Assembly (NCBI GenBank): GCA_013151935.1
Contig: JAADHI010000108.1
Location: forward strand, 1-62,031
Direction: 5' to 3'
DNA from: Candidatus Manganitrophaceae bacterium
GTDB lineage: Bacteria; Nitrospirota; Nitrospiria; SBBL01; JAADHI01
Length of the DNA: 62,031 nucleotides
The notes beneath the pieces were generated by a model. That model was given only the letters and a program-made list of their open reading frames with translations. It ran no database searches and was not told the DNA's origin. Position numbers and translations under genes: made by a program. Each line of letters opens with the position of its first letter. Position 1 is the stretch's first letter. Shown here piece by piece: positions 1-9,919 of this stretch.

Positions 1-95
1 CTGGAAAACATACGATTTACTACCGTATCCGTGACACACATATTGACATAATTGATGTGTTACACCAAAGCATGGAACCGTCAAAACATCTATAG
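1..95 (+). CDS. ParE/RelE-family type II toxin, C-terminal fragment (5' end lies outside the window)
   Basis: Frame 3 reads GKHTIYYRIRDTHIDIIDVLHQSMEPSKHL*. The ..IYYRI..D.I.I..VLH..M.. tail is typical of ParE/RelE toxins. Confidence 0.5.
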   Translation, partial: GKHTIYYRIRDTHIDIIDVLHQSMEPSKHL

Positions 96-96
96 G

Positions 97-622
97 AAAG
101 TTGTGCGTTAATCGAATCAGCCAATCGGCAATCTCAGCGTTCTCACTGAATAACTTCGCCTGATACCGATAGCACGTCTCGCTAATAGCAAACGTCTCGC
201 AGACCAGCCGGATACTGACTGTACGGTGCTCAACGACTTGTTTGGCCCTCTCACATCGATGAGACGGCCTCACCACTTTTTTGCCAGCGTCTCCTGGATG
301 ATCTCGGCCTTTAATCGTTCCTCGGCATACACCTTCTTCAAACGCCGGTTTTCGGCCTCTAATTCCTTCAGTGGAACATCATTGATGCATCCATGCCTCC
401 GAACTTGGCGCGCCATTTATAGAAGCTTGCGTTGCTCATACCGTGCTCTCGGCATAACTCCGGCACAGGGGTACCCGCCTCCGCCTGCTTCAAGATCGCC
501 AATATCTGGCTGTCGCTGTAACGTGATATTTTCATGCAGAATCTCATCTCTTTGCATATTATGAGAAAATTCTATTTCTGACTCCCCTTGTTTTTCGGAG
601 GGATTACCACACAAATAATTGT
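97..622 (-). mobile_element. IS3-family (IS407-group-like) insertion sequence remnant with frameshifted orfA, an A6G slippery site and only about 55 codons of orfB
   Basis: The minus strand reads MKISRYSDSQILAILKQAEAGTPVPELCREHGMSNASFYKWRAKFGGMDASMM. It then shifts frame to LKELEAENRRLKKVYAEERLKAEIIQETLAKKW. The -1 frame continues as VSIRLVCETFAISETCYRYQAKLFSENAEIADWLIRLTHNF, and similarity ends near position 97. Confidence 0.8.
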
Positions 623-1036
623 TTGTGAAGAGAGAAAAACCTTAGATATCTAAAGTTTAGTGAATGCCACTCGAAACTTTGCACAGATGGGGCGATATCA
701 AAAACTAACCTTTCAGGAAGGCTTCGAGCTGTATTGACCACATCTACAAGTTGATAACTTTAATGATGAGATATTTTGAGGGATACGGGTAGAAATAAAG
801 TGAGGAGAAAATTTTCACCAATGAAAGTCAGCAGCAGACTTAACCCCTTTACGTGAGATTCACTGACTTTTTTTAGAGAGTACAGGGACTTGACAGCCTC
901 CAAGCATAAGATAGACTTTGTTTATGTCGCCCGGGTTTTCCCCTCTATCCCTCCAATCTCATAATAAATTAAACTTCTATTCGTATTTTATGATCGAGAA
1001 TCGTGGACTCCCTTTTCTGCCGATCTTTAAAGAGGC

Positions 1037-3133
1037 GTGAGAGTGAAAGTAGCCAAGAAAATCCTTTTACCCACCTTCATCCTCCTCCTTGTCGTTGTCC
1101 CGCTCTTATTGGGTAAGCGGGCGAGAAAAGTTTTATCTTTATTAGAGCAATCATCTATCTACTTTAGCACGACGCCTACTGGCAACCTCGCCCTTCGGAT
1201 CAACGATGAGCTTATCGTCCTTCGTCCCGATGGCTCAAGTAAGGAAACCCTGTCCTTCATAGACTCAGGACTCAGCGTACACGGTGATTTTGACTATTTC
1301 AACAATGGAGATCTCTTAATCTACCACAGCAGAACCCCTTCGAACGGACTACGCAATATTAAACGACTTCGCCTACCTCAAGAACAAAATCTGCTTGAGG
1401 ACTCAGGCTTATACCGCTGTGATTTTTATGGCCGAAACTGTCGGATATTTTCGCAATCCCTACCCGAATTCCCTGACAAATTCGCTTTATTCATTGACCG
1501 GTCTGAGGATACCGTTTACATCGCCGATACCCAGCAGTCGACGCTCTATAAAATGAATAAGGACGGAAAACGCCTAGCAAGCAGAGCATGGGTCACACAC
1601 TTTCCAAATCAAATTTTTCTGAAAGACCAAAAACTCTATATCGCGGATACAAATAATAAGCAAATTAAAATCGTAAGTGCAAAAACCAAGACCTTTGCAG
1701 ATGAAATTGCCCACCACAAGCTTGATATAACTCAAGAACATCGCTGGCCCATGCACATCGTCGGGACTCCAGAGACTTGGTGGCTTATGATTGCTTCAGG
1801 TGACATGTCAAAAGGACGGATCAAGGTCTTCAATAGCAACTGGGAGAGTTCTTTTATTCCAGCACATCCCTCAGGTGCCAAGCTCAGTGGCCTTGCATTC
1901 TTCGCAAACCAAGTATGGACAACCGACATTGCGCAAAATAAAATATACCGTTTTTCTCTCACAGGAAAGCAACTTTCAGATATCTATAATCTGGAGGTTA
2001 AGGCTGCTTTTTCGACGCTAAGTCGCCTAAAGGCGCGTTATCAATTTCGAGTGACCTATAATTTGATCTCCTATTTCCTGGTTGCCATTCTGGGAATTTT
2101 TGTTCCGATAAGCCTTCTAGGAAAAAAGGAGACAAATAGGCCCACAGGCAAACCTTTTTCCATTTTAGAGCAAAGCCAGCTTCCCTGGAAAATTTGCCCC
2201 TATTGCGAAGAAAAAACCACGTTCGTATATAAAAGTCGCAGTAAAAGTACCTGGGAAAATGAAATGTATTGTGCGCTTTGTTTTGTGCGACTCGAAACTT
2301 ATTTTTTTCAACGCTTTAAGCGAAGACAATGGGTTGTGGATAGATTATTTTATGGACTTTTTTTATGTACTTTTTTAGTGACAGTATTTGGGCCAAGAGT
2401 ATTGTGGAATAGTCCAGAATTTAAAGCGATATCCTTATTTTTCCCGGTTTATTGGGTACTTTCTTATAAGTTCCGGCAACTTGTTGTTGCCGAAGCCCCA
2501 ACAAAAGAAGCGATGGATTTTTTCGCAGATCCGCCGCTACCGCTTGATGCGAATGTGCTGCCTGATGAAATCATCCGGGACAAAGATGGCGTCTATTGGA
2601 TGGAACAGCCCCGTAAAAAACGCAGGCAGTGCTTGCGAAACCTGAAGGCCATATTGGCATTTTTCTGCTGGCTCGGTTTTCTTGTCTACCTTATTTTAAG
2701 GATGGGTATAAACACCTGGGAAGTATATGCAATTACACTCCCTTTTTTATTGCCCATCGTTTTTGTAAACAGGCTCTTCGGACAAATTGCTCGCGAAAGG
2801 CTGGGCCTCTCAGGAGAGGATCTTCTCATTGATGATGGTGGAGGACGAATCGGAAAAGGCAGAGAGACTCAAATCAAATACAGCAGGGGTTTGCTGACTA
2901 TCACTGGCTGCGTTGTCGCACTCGGACTGCCCGCCAAGAGACGATTTCATCTAGATACCATTGAGTGGCAGGTCATGCCAAAAGTTATTTTGGGCGAAGA
3001 AATCAGCCCATGGCAATTCTGGGAACAGAGCTACAAAGACGGTCATGCACGCGCAAAGTTACTCCGCATATTCATTACCATGATCGTATATTACTCTATT
3101 TTATTGCCTATTATGTTCTATCTAGTATCTTGA
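1037..3133 (+). CDS. Multi-pass membrane protein with an N-terminal NHL/beta-propeller-like domain and an internal zinc ribbon; function unknown
   Basis: 698-aa ORF with a signal anchor. It has propeller-like repeats (TVYIADTQQSTLYKM, KLYIADTNNKQIKIV, QVWTTDIAQNKIYRF), a CPYC..x21..CALC ribbon and several hydrophobic helices. Alternative GTG start at 1043, behind AGAGG. Confidence 0.65.
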   Translation: MRVKVAKKILLPTFILLLVVVPLLLGKRARKVLSLLEQSSIYFSTTPTGNLALRINDELIVLRPDGSSKETLSFIDSGLSVHGDFDYFNNGDLLIYHSRTPSNGLRNIKRLRLPQEQNLLEDSGLYRCDFYGRNCRIFSQSLPEFPDKFALFIDRSEDTVYIADTQQSTLYKMNKDGKRLASRAWVTHFPNQIFLKDQKLYIADTNNKQIKIVSAKTKTFADEIAHHKLDITQEHRWPMHIVGTPETWWLMIASGDMSKGRIKVFNSNWESSFIPAHPSGAKLSGLAFFANQVWTTDIAQNKIYRFSLTGKQLSDIYNLEVKAAFSTLSRLKARYQFRVTYNLISYFLVAILGIFVPISLLGKKETNRPTGKPFSILEQSQLPWKICPYCEEKTTFVYKSRSKSTWENEMYCALCFVRLETYFFQRFKRRQWVVDRLFYGLFLCTFLVTVFGPRVLWNSPEFKAISLFFPVYWVLSYKFRQLVVAEAPTKEAMDFFADPPLPLDANVLPDEIIRDKDGVYWMEQPRKKRRQCLRNLKAILAFFCWLGFLVYLILRMGINTWEVYAITLPFLLPIVFVNRLFGQIARERLGLSGEDLLIDDGGGRIGKGRETQIKYSRGLLTITGCVVALGLPAKRRFHLDTIEWQVMPKVILGEEISPWQFWEQSYKDGHARAKLLRIFITMIVYYSILLPIMFYLVS

Positions 3134-3566
3134 TGAGTTCTTTTGTCGGAGTGCCAGCCTCATCAAACTTACCTTCAAAAAAGGACTGCTTGCTCATCCG
3201 AATAGCCTCTCTGGTGGTAGTCGCTTTCTGTTCTCAAGTATTCTGCAAGCACTATACTCCCGCCGCTGGTTTTACTTTCGAGAAAAATTATCTTTGGCAT
3301 CGGCTAGGATTCAACCCCTCCACTGATTGTTTGGCTTTCCGTACAGTGTTATCTATCTAAATCTGACGAATGACATTTCAAACCTTTTAATTTTTGACTG
3401 GCAGTTATCTTATCGACTTCAGGAAGAACGCTCTTCCAAAAACTTCTACGCTTTTTCTGAGGTCCCGTCTGGAAGATGTAGGTCTTCAATTGAACCCGCA
3501 TTGGGGTCATTATAGGTCGTCATATCAATAGAATTTTCACTACGGGCAACAATTGTTGTGATCACA

Positions 3567-4754
3567 CTATCTCCTGTCACATTCACTGCCGTTCGCATCA
3601 TATCGAGTAAAATCCACCCCCATGATTAACGCAATACCCTCTATCGGTAGCCCGACTTGATTGAAAACCATCGCCAGCATAATTAAGCCCACCCCTGGCA
3701 CACCTGCAGTGCCTATTGATGCTAAAACAGCCATGCCAATGACAGTGAGGTAACCACTTAAACCCAGGTCAATCCCATAGACGTTGGCGATAAAGACCGT
3801 CGCAACACCTTGCATGATGGCTGTGCCATCCATATTGATCGTTGCACCAAAGGGAACAACAAAAGACGCCGTAGCGTTTTCAACCCCTAAACGCTCTTCT
3901 GCTGCCCGTAAGGTCACCGGAATGGTCGCGTTTGAACTGGATGTGCTGAAAGCAAATATTTGTACGGCCCGCATCTTTTTCATAAAAATGAAAGGATCAA
4001 CTTTACCCAAAACCTTCAACAAGAGCATGAGTGTGCCCGTTGCATGCAGGAGCAATACAACGGCAACGACGAGAAAATAACTGAGCATCGGGAGAATTAA
4101 GCCTAAACCTTGCAATGAAAATGTTTTTGCCATAAGAGCAAATACACCGTATGGCGCGATTTGCATCACAACGTTTACAACTTGCATCATCACCAGATTT
4201 AGTTTTTCAGCACCTTCGGCAATCGATTTTCCCGGTTCACCAATCATCAAGATACAGACCGCAAAAAGGATGGTGAAGAAAATAATCTGTAGCATATTGC
4301 CTTCTGCATAAGCCGCGACTGGATTACTTGGAATCAAATCAATGATGACTTGTGTTAACGGAGGTGCTTCTTTCGCTGTAAATTCTGTTGGCGTGGCTTG
4401 CGCTAAATCAAAACCTTTTCCCGGTGCGACAATACTCGCAACCGTAATGGCAAGTGTAATCGCTAAGGCGGTGGTCAACATAAACAGGCCAAAAGCTTTG
4501 GCCCCGACCCGCCCCAGTTTATTGATATCACCGATACCACAGACACCACAAATCAAGGAAAAAGTAACCAAGGGAACAACAAGCATTTTTAGCGAGCTGA
4601 TAAACATTGCACCCGCAACATGAAATAATCCATTAACAAGATAATCTTGAATGAAAACGACCTCAGTGGCGAATCCGTTAATCAGACTACCGAGGACGAG
4701 GCCCGCGACCATCCAAATGAGTATTTTTGTCGTCATGCTCATTTTTTTTGACAT
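3567..4754 (-). CDS. Dicarboxylate/amino acid:cation symporter (DAACS, GltP/SstT-like), C terminus frameshifted; the intact gene would span 3446..4754
   Basis: 395-aa polytopic ORF with a typical DAACS sequence. The conserved LDMMRTAVNVTGDSVITTIVA.. C-terminal segment continues in another frame down to a stop at 3446. Confidence 0.85.
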   Translation of the reverse strand: MSKKMSMTTKILIWMVAGLVLGSLINGFATEVVFIQDYLVNGLFHVAGAMFISSLKMLVVPLVTFSLICGVCGIGDINKLGRVGAKAFGLFMLTTALAITLAITVASIVAPGKGFDLAQATPTEFTAKEAPPLTQVIIDLIPSNPVAAYAEGNMLQIIFFTILFAVCILMIGEPGKSIAEGAEKLNLVMMQVVNVVMQIAPYGVFALMAKTFSLQGLGLILPMLSYFLVVAVVLLLHATGTLMLLLKVLGKVDPFIFMKKMRAVQIFAFSTSSSNATIPVTLRAAEERLGVENATASFVVPFGATINMDGTAIMQGVATVFIANVYGIDLGLSGYLTVIGMAVLASIGTAGVPGVGLIMLAMVFNQVGLPIEGIALIMGVDFTRYDANGSECDRR

Positions 4755-4804
4755 TTAAGAACCTCTGATTAAGTTATGAATTGTTTTTTTTAGGAACTCA
4801 GCCC

Positions 4805-5296
4805 TTATTTTGTCTCAGAATTTTCTTTATGAAGAAAAAGGTGAAACATCAGGAGTGAAATGCCGATGGTAATCGCAGAGTCTGCAACGTTAAAGGCGGG
4901 CCAGTGATGTTGCTTGATGTAAAAATCGAGAAAATCAATGACTTCCCCCAAACGAATGCGGTCGATGAGGTTGCCGATGGCCCCACCAAAAAGCAGGGAA
5001 ATCGCGGTGAGCCCCATGGTGTCTTCTGTCGGGGTATCTCGAAAAAAAGCACCCAATAACACAAGGGCGATGACAGAAACACTCAGAAAAAAAATCATGC
5101 GAAAAGTCGGATTTTGATCGGCCAAAAAACCGAAAGCCGCACCCGGATTTAAGATATAGGTGAGAGAAAAAAAACCTTCGAGCACCACGATGGATTCATA
5201 AAGCTCAAAACGTTTTTCAACGATAACTTTTGTGATTTGATCCAGAATAATAATGCCGCCGCTGATAAAAACCAGAAAAAGCGTTTTACGACGCAT
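4805..5296 (-). CDS. lspA: Lipoprotein signal peptidase II
   Basis: Starts at MRRKTLFLVFISGG.. and carries the GNLIDR and FNVAD motifs. Overlaps the ileS stop by 11 nt in the classic ileS-lspA arrangement. Confidence 0.9.
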   Translation of the reverse strand: MRRKTLFLVFISGGIIILDQITKVIVEKRFELYESIVVLEGFFSLTYILNPGAAFGFLADQNPTFRMIFFLSVSVIALVLLGAFFRDTPTEDTMGLTAISLLFGGAIGNLIDRIRLGEVIDFLDFYIKQHHWPAFNVADSAITIGISLLMFHLFLHKENSETK

Positions 5297-8150
5297 CAGA
5301 ATGCTCAGAAATAACCACCTCCGTACAGCGTTTACAGAGGGCGGGATAAGCGCTTTGTGTGCCAAGATCTTCACGATAAATCCAACAGCGCGCACATTTT
5401 TCACCCAAGGCCGCCGTGACCTGAATACTCAAACCCAAGGCATCGACTGTGTTTTGAAAAACCCATTCAGTCTCTTTTGGGGCATCGGTTTGACTCCCCG
5501 CTTTCCATTTACGCAAGTGAACTTTGGAGACGATAAAAAATTCGGCTAAAAACCCCGCATGTTTTTGGAGTTTTTCATAAAGTGCTTCTTTAACTTCAAG
5601 GCTGACTGTGGCTTGTAGCGAATTGCCAATTTTCCGTTCTTTACGTGCGGTTTCCAATACAAGAGAAACAGCCTCACGGACCTGAAGTAGACCTTCCCAG
5701 TGCTGTAAACGTTTTGGATCTACTTTTTGTATTTTAGGAAAAGTGGTCAAGTGGACTGAATCATCGACTTTAAGGTCTTTTGGCAGGTTTCGCCAGATTT
5801 CCTCTGCGGTAAAAGAAAGAATCGGAGCCATCAAACGCACGAGCGTCATCAAAATTTCTTGCATCACCGACTGGGCAATGCGTCGCCCCGGTGCATCTTT
5901 GGCCGAAGCATAGAGACGGTCTTTTAGTATATCGAGATAAAAAGCAGAAAGATCTACGGCACAAAAATTATTGATGGCGTGAAAAACCACATGAAATGTA
6001 GATTCGTCATAAGCCCCTTGGACCTTTTCATTCAGCAAATGCAGTTTGTCTAAGGCCCATAAGTCAATCTCTTGAAAATCCTCGGCCTTTATTTTGTAGA
6101 GACTTTCCTCGACCGAAAAATCATGTAGATTGCCCAATAAAAAACGACAAGTGTTTCTAATTTTACGATACGCTTCGGCCACTTGTTTGAGGATGTCGGG
6201 CGAAATCCGCATGTCTCCGCTGAAATCAGTGGCGGCCACCCAAAGACGCAAGATATCGGCGCCATTTTGTTTGATGATTTCCTGAGGTGCTATGACATTC
6301 CCCAAAGATTTGGACATTTTTTTGCCCGCGCCGTCCATTACAAAACCATGGGTAAGCACGGCTTTATAAGGCACGCAGTCATCGGTCATCAAGCTTGCCA
6401 ACATCGTGCTGTGGAACCAGCCCCGATGCTGGTCAGAACCTTCCAAATAAAGATCCGCAGGCCAGGAAAGGTTGTCACGGGCTTTGAGCACTGCCGCGTG
6501 ACTGACACCGGATTCAAACCAGACATCCAGAATATCTTGTTCCTGCTGAAAGCTTGTTCCACCACATTCGGGACAGACCGTGCCTTCGGGCAAAAGTGCA
6601 TCGGCCGATTTGGAAAACCAGAGGTCACTGCCCTCCCCGGTCGTTTCCATCAAATCCGCCACGTGTTTGATGATGGTCTCAGAACTAAAGGGTTTGTGAC
6701 ATCCTAAACAGCCAAAGGCGACAATCGGCACCCCCCAGACCCGTTGACGCGAAATACACCAATCAGGGCGATTGGTGACCATGCCCTCAATGCGATCTTG
6801 CCCCCACTTGGGAATCCACTTCACGTCTTTAGAAATACTCTTGAGCGCGCGTGTACGAAGGTCATTTTTTGCCATTGAAATAAACCATTGTTCGGTCGCC
6901 CGAAAAATGACGGGTTTTTTACAGCGCCAACAGTGGGGATAGGAATGAGAGATTTCACCCGCACTTAATAATGCGTTTTTATCTTTTAAGGTCTCAATAA
7001 TTTTTTTATTGGCATCAACAACCTTTAAACCTGCAAAGGCTCCAGCTTCTTCTGTAAATTTTCCGTAATGGTTAACAGGGGCATAAACGTCTAAGTTGTA
7101 GCGTAGTCCGACTTCATAATCTTCCTGTCCGTGACCGGGTGCGGTGTGCACACAGCCTGTCCCCTGCTCCAGGGTCACATGCTCACCCAAAATAATGGGG
7201 GACGCTTGATCCAAAAAAGGATGTTGGGCGATCATGCCTTCGAGTGCTTCTCCGAGCCAATGCTGATCGGTGACTTCAAAAGAACCGGCTGAAAAACCAA
7301 AGGCCTTCATTGAGACATCCACAAGATCTTCAGCAAGAATCACTTTCCCTGTTGGTGTTTTGATCAAACAATATTTGAGACGTGGGTTCAGTGAAATGGC
7401 TTTATTCGCGACAAGCGTCCAAGGGGTTGTCGTCCAAATGACAAAAGACGTATCGGCCGCATCGGCTTCAGATAAACGTCCGAGGGCATCTTTAATTTTG
7501 AATTTCACATAAATCGAAGGTGAGGTTTTATCTGCATATTCTACTTCAGCTTCGGCAAGTGCCGTCTCATCAGAAGAACACCACAGAACCGGTTTTTTCC
7601 CTTTATAGACGCCTCCGGCGGCAAAAACTTTTGCAAACTCCCGTACAATCGCCGCTTCGTAATCGGGTGTGAGTGTCAAATAAGGATTTTCCCAATCGGC
7701 AAAAACACCCAGGCGTTTAAACTCTTCTTTTTGAATGTTTACAAAATGCAGGGCAGATTCGCGGCATTTCTGCCGGATCTCGATCTTGGACATCCCCCGT
7801 TTTTTCGATCCCAATTTCTTGAGTACCTGATGTTCGATGGGCAAACCGTGGCAATCCCAACCCGGCACGTAAGGCGTTCGGAAACCAGACATAGACTTGG
7901 ATTTGATGATGATGTCTTTTAAAATTTTATTGAGCGCATGACCAATATGAATATGCCCATTTGCATAAGGTGGCCCATCGTGCAGGATATAAGGGGGATG
8001 GCTCGCATGTCGTTTTTGAATTTCGTCGTAAAGACGGACGGATTCCCAGTTTTCAAGCTGTGTGACTTCCCGCTGTGCGAGTTGTGCCCGCATGGGAAAA
8101 TCAGTCTGAGGCAGGTTCAGACTCTCTTTATATGAGGGGAGCTTATCCAT
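5286..8150 (-). CDS. ileS: Isoleucine--tRNA ligase
   Basis: 954-aa ORF with HIGH (PYANGHIHIGH) and KMSKS motifs and a C-terminal CxxC zinc finger. Confidence 0.97.
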   Translation of the reverse strand: MDKLPSYKESLNLPQTDFPMRAQLAQREVTQLENWESVRLYDEIQKRHASHPPYILHDGPPYANGHIHIGHALNKILKDIIIKSKSMSGFRTPYVPGWDCHGLPIEHQVLKKLGSKKRGMSKIEIRQKCRESALHFVNIQKEEFKRLGVFADWENPYLTLTPDYEAAIVREFAKVFAAGGVYKGKKPVLWCSSDETALAEAEVEYADKTSPSIYVKFKIKDALGRLSEADAADTSFVIWTTTPWTLVANKAISLNPRLKYCLIKTPTGKVILAEDLVDVSMKAFGFSAGSFEVTDQHWLGEALEGMIAQHPFLDQASPIILGEHVTLEQGTGCVHTAPGHGQEDYEVGLRYNLDVYAPVNHYGKFTEEAGAFAGLKVVDANKKIIETLKDKNALLSAGEISHSYPHCWRCKKPVIFRATEQWFISMAKNDLRTRALKSISKDVKWIPKWGQDRIEGMVTNRPDWCISRQRVWGVPIVAFGCLGCHKPFSSETIIKHVADLMETTGEGSDLWFSKSADALLPEGTVCPECGGTSFQQEQDILDVWFESGVSHAAVLKARDNLSWPADLYLEGSDQHRGWFHSTMLASLMTDDCVPYKAVLTHGFVMDGAGKKMSKSLGNVIAPQEIIKQNGADILRLWVAATDFSGDMRISPDILKQVAEAYRKIRNTCRFLLGNLHDFSVEESLYKIKAEDFQEIDLWALDKLHLLNEKVQGAYDESTFHVVFHAINNFCAVDLSAFYLDILKDRLYASAKDAPGRRIAQSVMQEILMTLVRLMAPILSFTAEEIWRNLPKDLKVDDSVHLTTFPKIQKVDPKRLQHWEGLLQVREAVSLVLETARKERKIGNSLQATVSLEVKEALYEKLQKHAGFLAEFFIVSKVHLRKWKAGSQTDAPKETEWVFQNTVDALGLSIQVTAALGEKCARCWIYREDLGTQSAYPALCKRCTEVVISEHSDAS

Positions 8151-8261
8151 AATTTATGGGGCTGGATACTAACATCGGCCCTGGAACTTGTCAATGTGAA
8201 ACAGGCAAACACAAGTGGAGCAGATCAGAGATGAAATCTAAAGTTTTACTTTTTTATATTG

Positions 8262-9785
8262 CTACAATACATTGTTTTTAATCTGTTTTTTAAGAAATAT
8301 TATGGCTTCTTGAGTGCTTGAAATTCTGCCATTCAGTTGTTCCTCACGGATCAGCGCCAGATATTGCCCCACCGCTCGGCCCGATGTAATATTGGCGACC
8401 GTCATCACCTCTCGTCCGCCTAACAGTGGTGCGGGAATTTTGGCTTGTTCTAGGGCCAAGGCTTCAATTTTTAAAATTCTATCCTTCATTGCCCAATAAT
8501 GCAGTTGATGATTTTTCGGATTTTTCGGAACCGTGGCCATGCCATCACAGTAAATGAGTTGTAAAAGCGTTGCTCCGGGGCGATTGGGGCTTAAAAAGTG
8601 ACGTTCAATCGTGGCGGCACGCATTTGCTCGATCTGGCCTTGTACCAGAATCAAATGTTTTTCAACCAGCCAAGCCAAACCGTCTTCATTCACATAATAT
8701 TGGCTCTCTTTTGGATATGAAGACAATTTAAGACGATTCACAATTTTGCGTGTCATTTTGGCGCCAAGCGTATCGTGTTGATGAAAACGAATGCGATCCG
8801 TCCCGTCTTTTTCTGGCGTCTGAATGGTCAGTGGTTTTGCAATATCGTGAAAAAGCACGGCCAATACGATTTCAGCATTAAGCGGCTGTTCAAATTCTGC
8901 TTTAAATTCAAGACTTAAGAGCTGTGAAAGCGCAAGGCGTGTGTGTATCCAGACATCGCCCTCGGAGTGATGATTTTCCGGCTGAGGGCAATTTTTCATC
9001 GCCAGTAATTCAGGAATCAGTACTGCAAAGGCCCCGCTTTCATCCCATAAGTCAAAGGCCCGTACCGGATGGAGTACCATTGCTTTGATAAATTCCTTTG
9101 CAATGGTTTCACGTGGAACAACGGGGGTACCGTCTTCTCTCAGAGCGCTCAATCCGAAAATAAGCTGTTTTAAGGTTGCCCAGGTTTCTTTCTCGAAGCT
9201 GAAATCAAATTGAGAGACAAAACGAAGCCCACGCAAGAGACGAGAACTGTCCTCAGAAAAACGCAGCCCAGGATCGCCTACTGTTCGGATCAATCCTGCC
9301 TCAAGATCCTTTAAGCCTTCAAACGGATCAATGAGATTTTTCTGTTTTAAGTCTGCGGCCATGGCATTGATGGTGAAATCGCGTCTTTTGAGATCTTCTT
9401 CCACGGGTAATTCAGGATCTGAAACAATTTCAAAATCGCGATAGCCTCCGCCTTGAGAAAAAGAGGATTCTGTTCTTGGAAGTGCAATATCAATGGCTTC
9501 AGCAAAGGGCTTCAGGTGGGGAATAAATTTATAGACCCCAAAGTTTTTCCCCACCCAAGAAACTTTTCCATGTTGACGCAAAAAATCACCCAATTTTTTG
9601 GCGGAGACCCCTCGAATCAAAAAATCATAGTCTTTGGTTTCACGCTGCCAGAGCAAATCTCTCACCGCCCCACCCACCAAATAAATCTCGGCTTCGGGGA
9701 AATCGATAAAGAAATCGCCTAAGAAAGGGAGGTTTTCTTGAAGCTCAGCAAGCTTCTTCCAAAGATAATCTATTGAAATTGCCAT
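8262..9785 (-). CDS. cca: CCA-adding tRNA nucleotidyltransferase with HD domain
   Basis: Carries the GGAVRD, DFTINAM and HDIAKP motifs. ATG at 9785 (MAISIDYLW) is preferred over the ORF-track start at 9821. Confidence 0.85.
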   Translation of the reverse strand: MAISIDYLWKKLAELQENLPFLGDFFIDFPEAEIYLVGGAVRDLLWQRETKDYDFLIRGVSAKKLGDFLRQHGKVSWVGKNFGVYKFIPHLKPFAEAIDIALPRTESSFSQGGGYRDFEIVSDPELPVEEDLKRRDFTINAMAADLKQKNLIDPFEGLKDLEAGLIRTVGDPGLRFSEDSSRLLRGLRFVSQFDFSFEKETWATLKQLIFGLSALREDGTPVVPRETIAKEFIKAMVLHPVRAFDLWDESGAFAVLIPELLAMKNCPQPENHHSEGDVWIHTRLALSQLLSLEFKAEFEQPLNAEIVLAVLFHDIAKPLTIQTPEKDGTDRIRFHQHDTLGAKMTRKIVNRLKLSSYPKESQYYVNEDGLAWLVEKHLILVQGQIEQMRAATIERHFLSPNRPGATLLQLIYCDGMATVPKNPKNHQLHYWAMKDRILKIEALALEQAKIPAPLLGGREVMTVANITSGRAVGQYLALIREEQLNGRISSTQEAIIFLKKQIKNNVL

Positions 9786-9882
9786 CCGGCTATAATAAAT
9801 TGATCTCCGTCTGTTTGGCAACAGTCCACTTTATTCATTGTATGCAGGACTACAGAGAGAAAAATTCTTATTTGTTAGGCTG

Positions 9883-9893
9883 TGTCCACACAC
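9883..9893. promoter_or_regulatory. GTGTCCACACA motif (GTGT-CC-ACAC inverted repeat), 27 nt upstream of the DUF3179 gene start
   Basis: The identical 11-mer recurs at 10911-10921, at the same distance from the next gene's start. Confidence 0.45.
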
Positions 9894-9919
9894 CCTAAGC
9901 ACCTGTCGGAGAAATAAAA

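Noticed and set aside
3111-3300. A minus-strand 41-codon ORF (MPKIIFLESKTSGGSIVLAEYLRTESDYHQRGYSDEQAVLF*). It would extend to 62 codons if a T6 run (3177-3182) were T5.
   Set aside because: No recognisable family and a weak, distant RBS. It would overlap the 3' end of the 698-aa gene, and it depends on assuming an indel. Not called, but worth a look if ribosome profiling or homologues exist.
6183-6707. Long antisense ORFs inside well-supported genes. Examples are 6183-6707 in ileS, 10016-10450 in the DUF3179 gene, 19747-20262 opposite the PEP-CTERM gene and 55918-56457 in aroA.
   Set aside because: These are typical shadow ORFs. They have low-complexity or biased composition, no motifs and no RBS, and they are fully contained in genes with strong family signatures.
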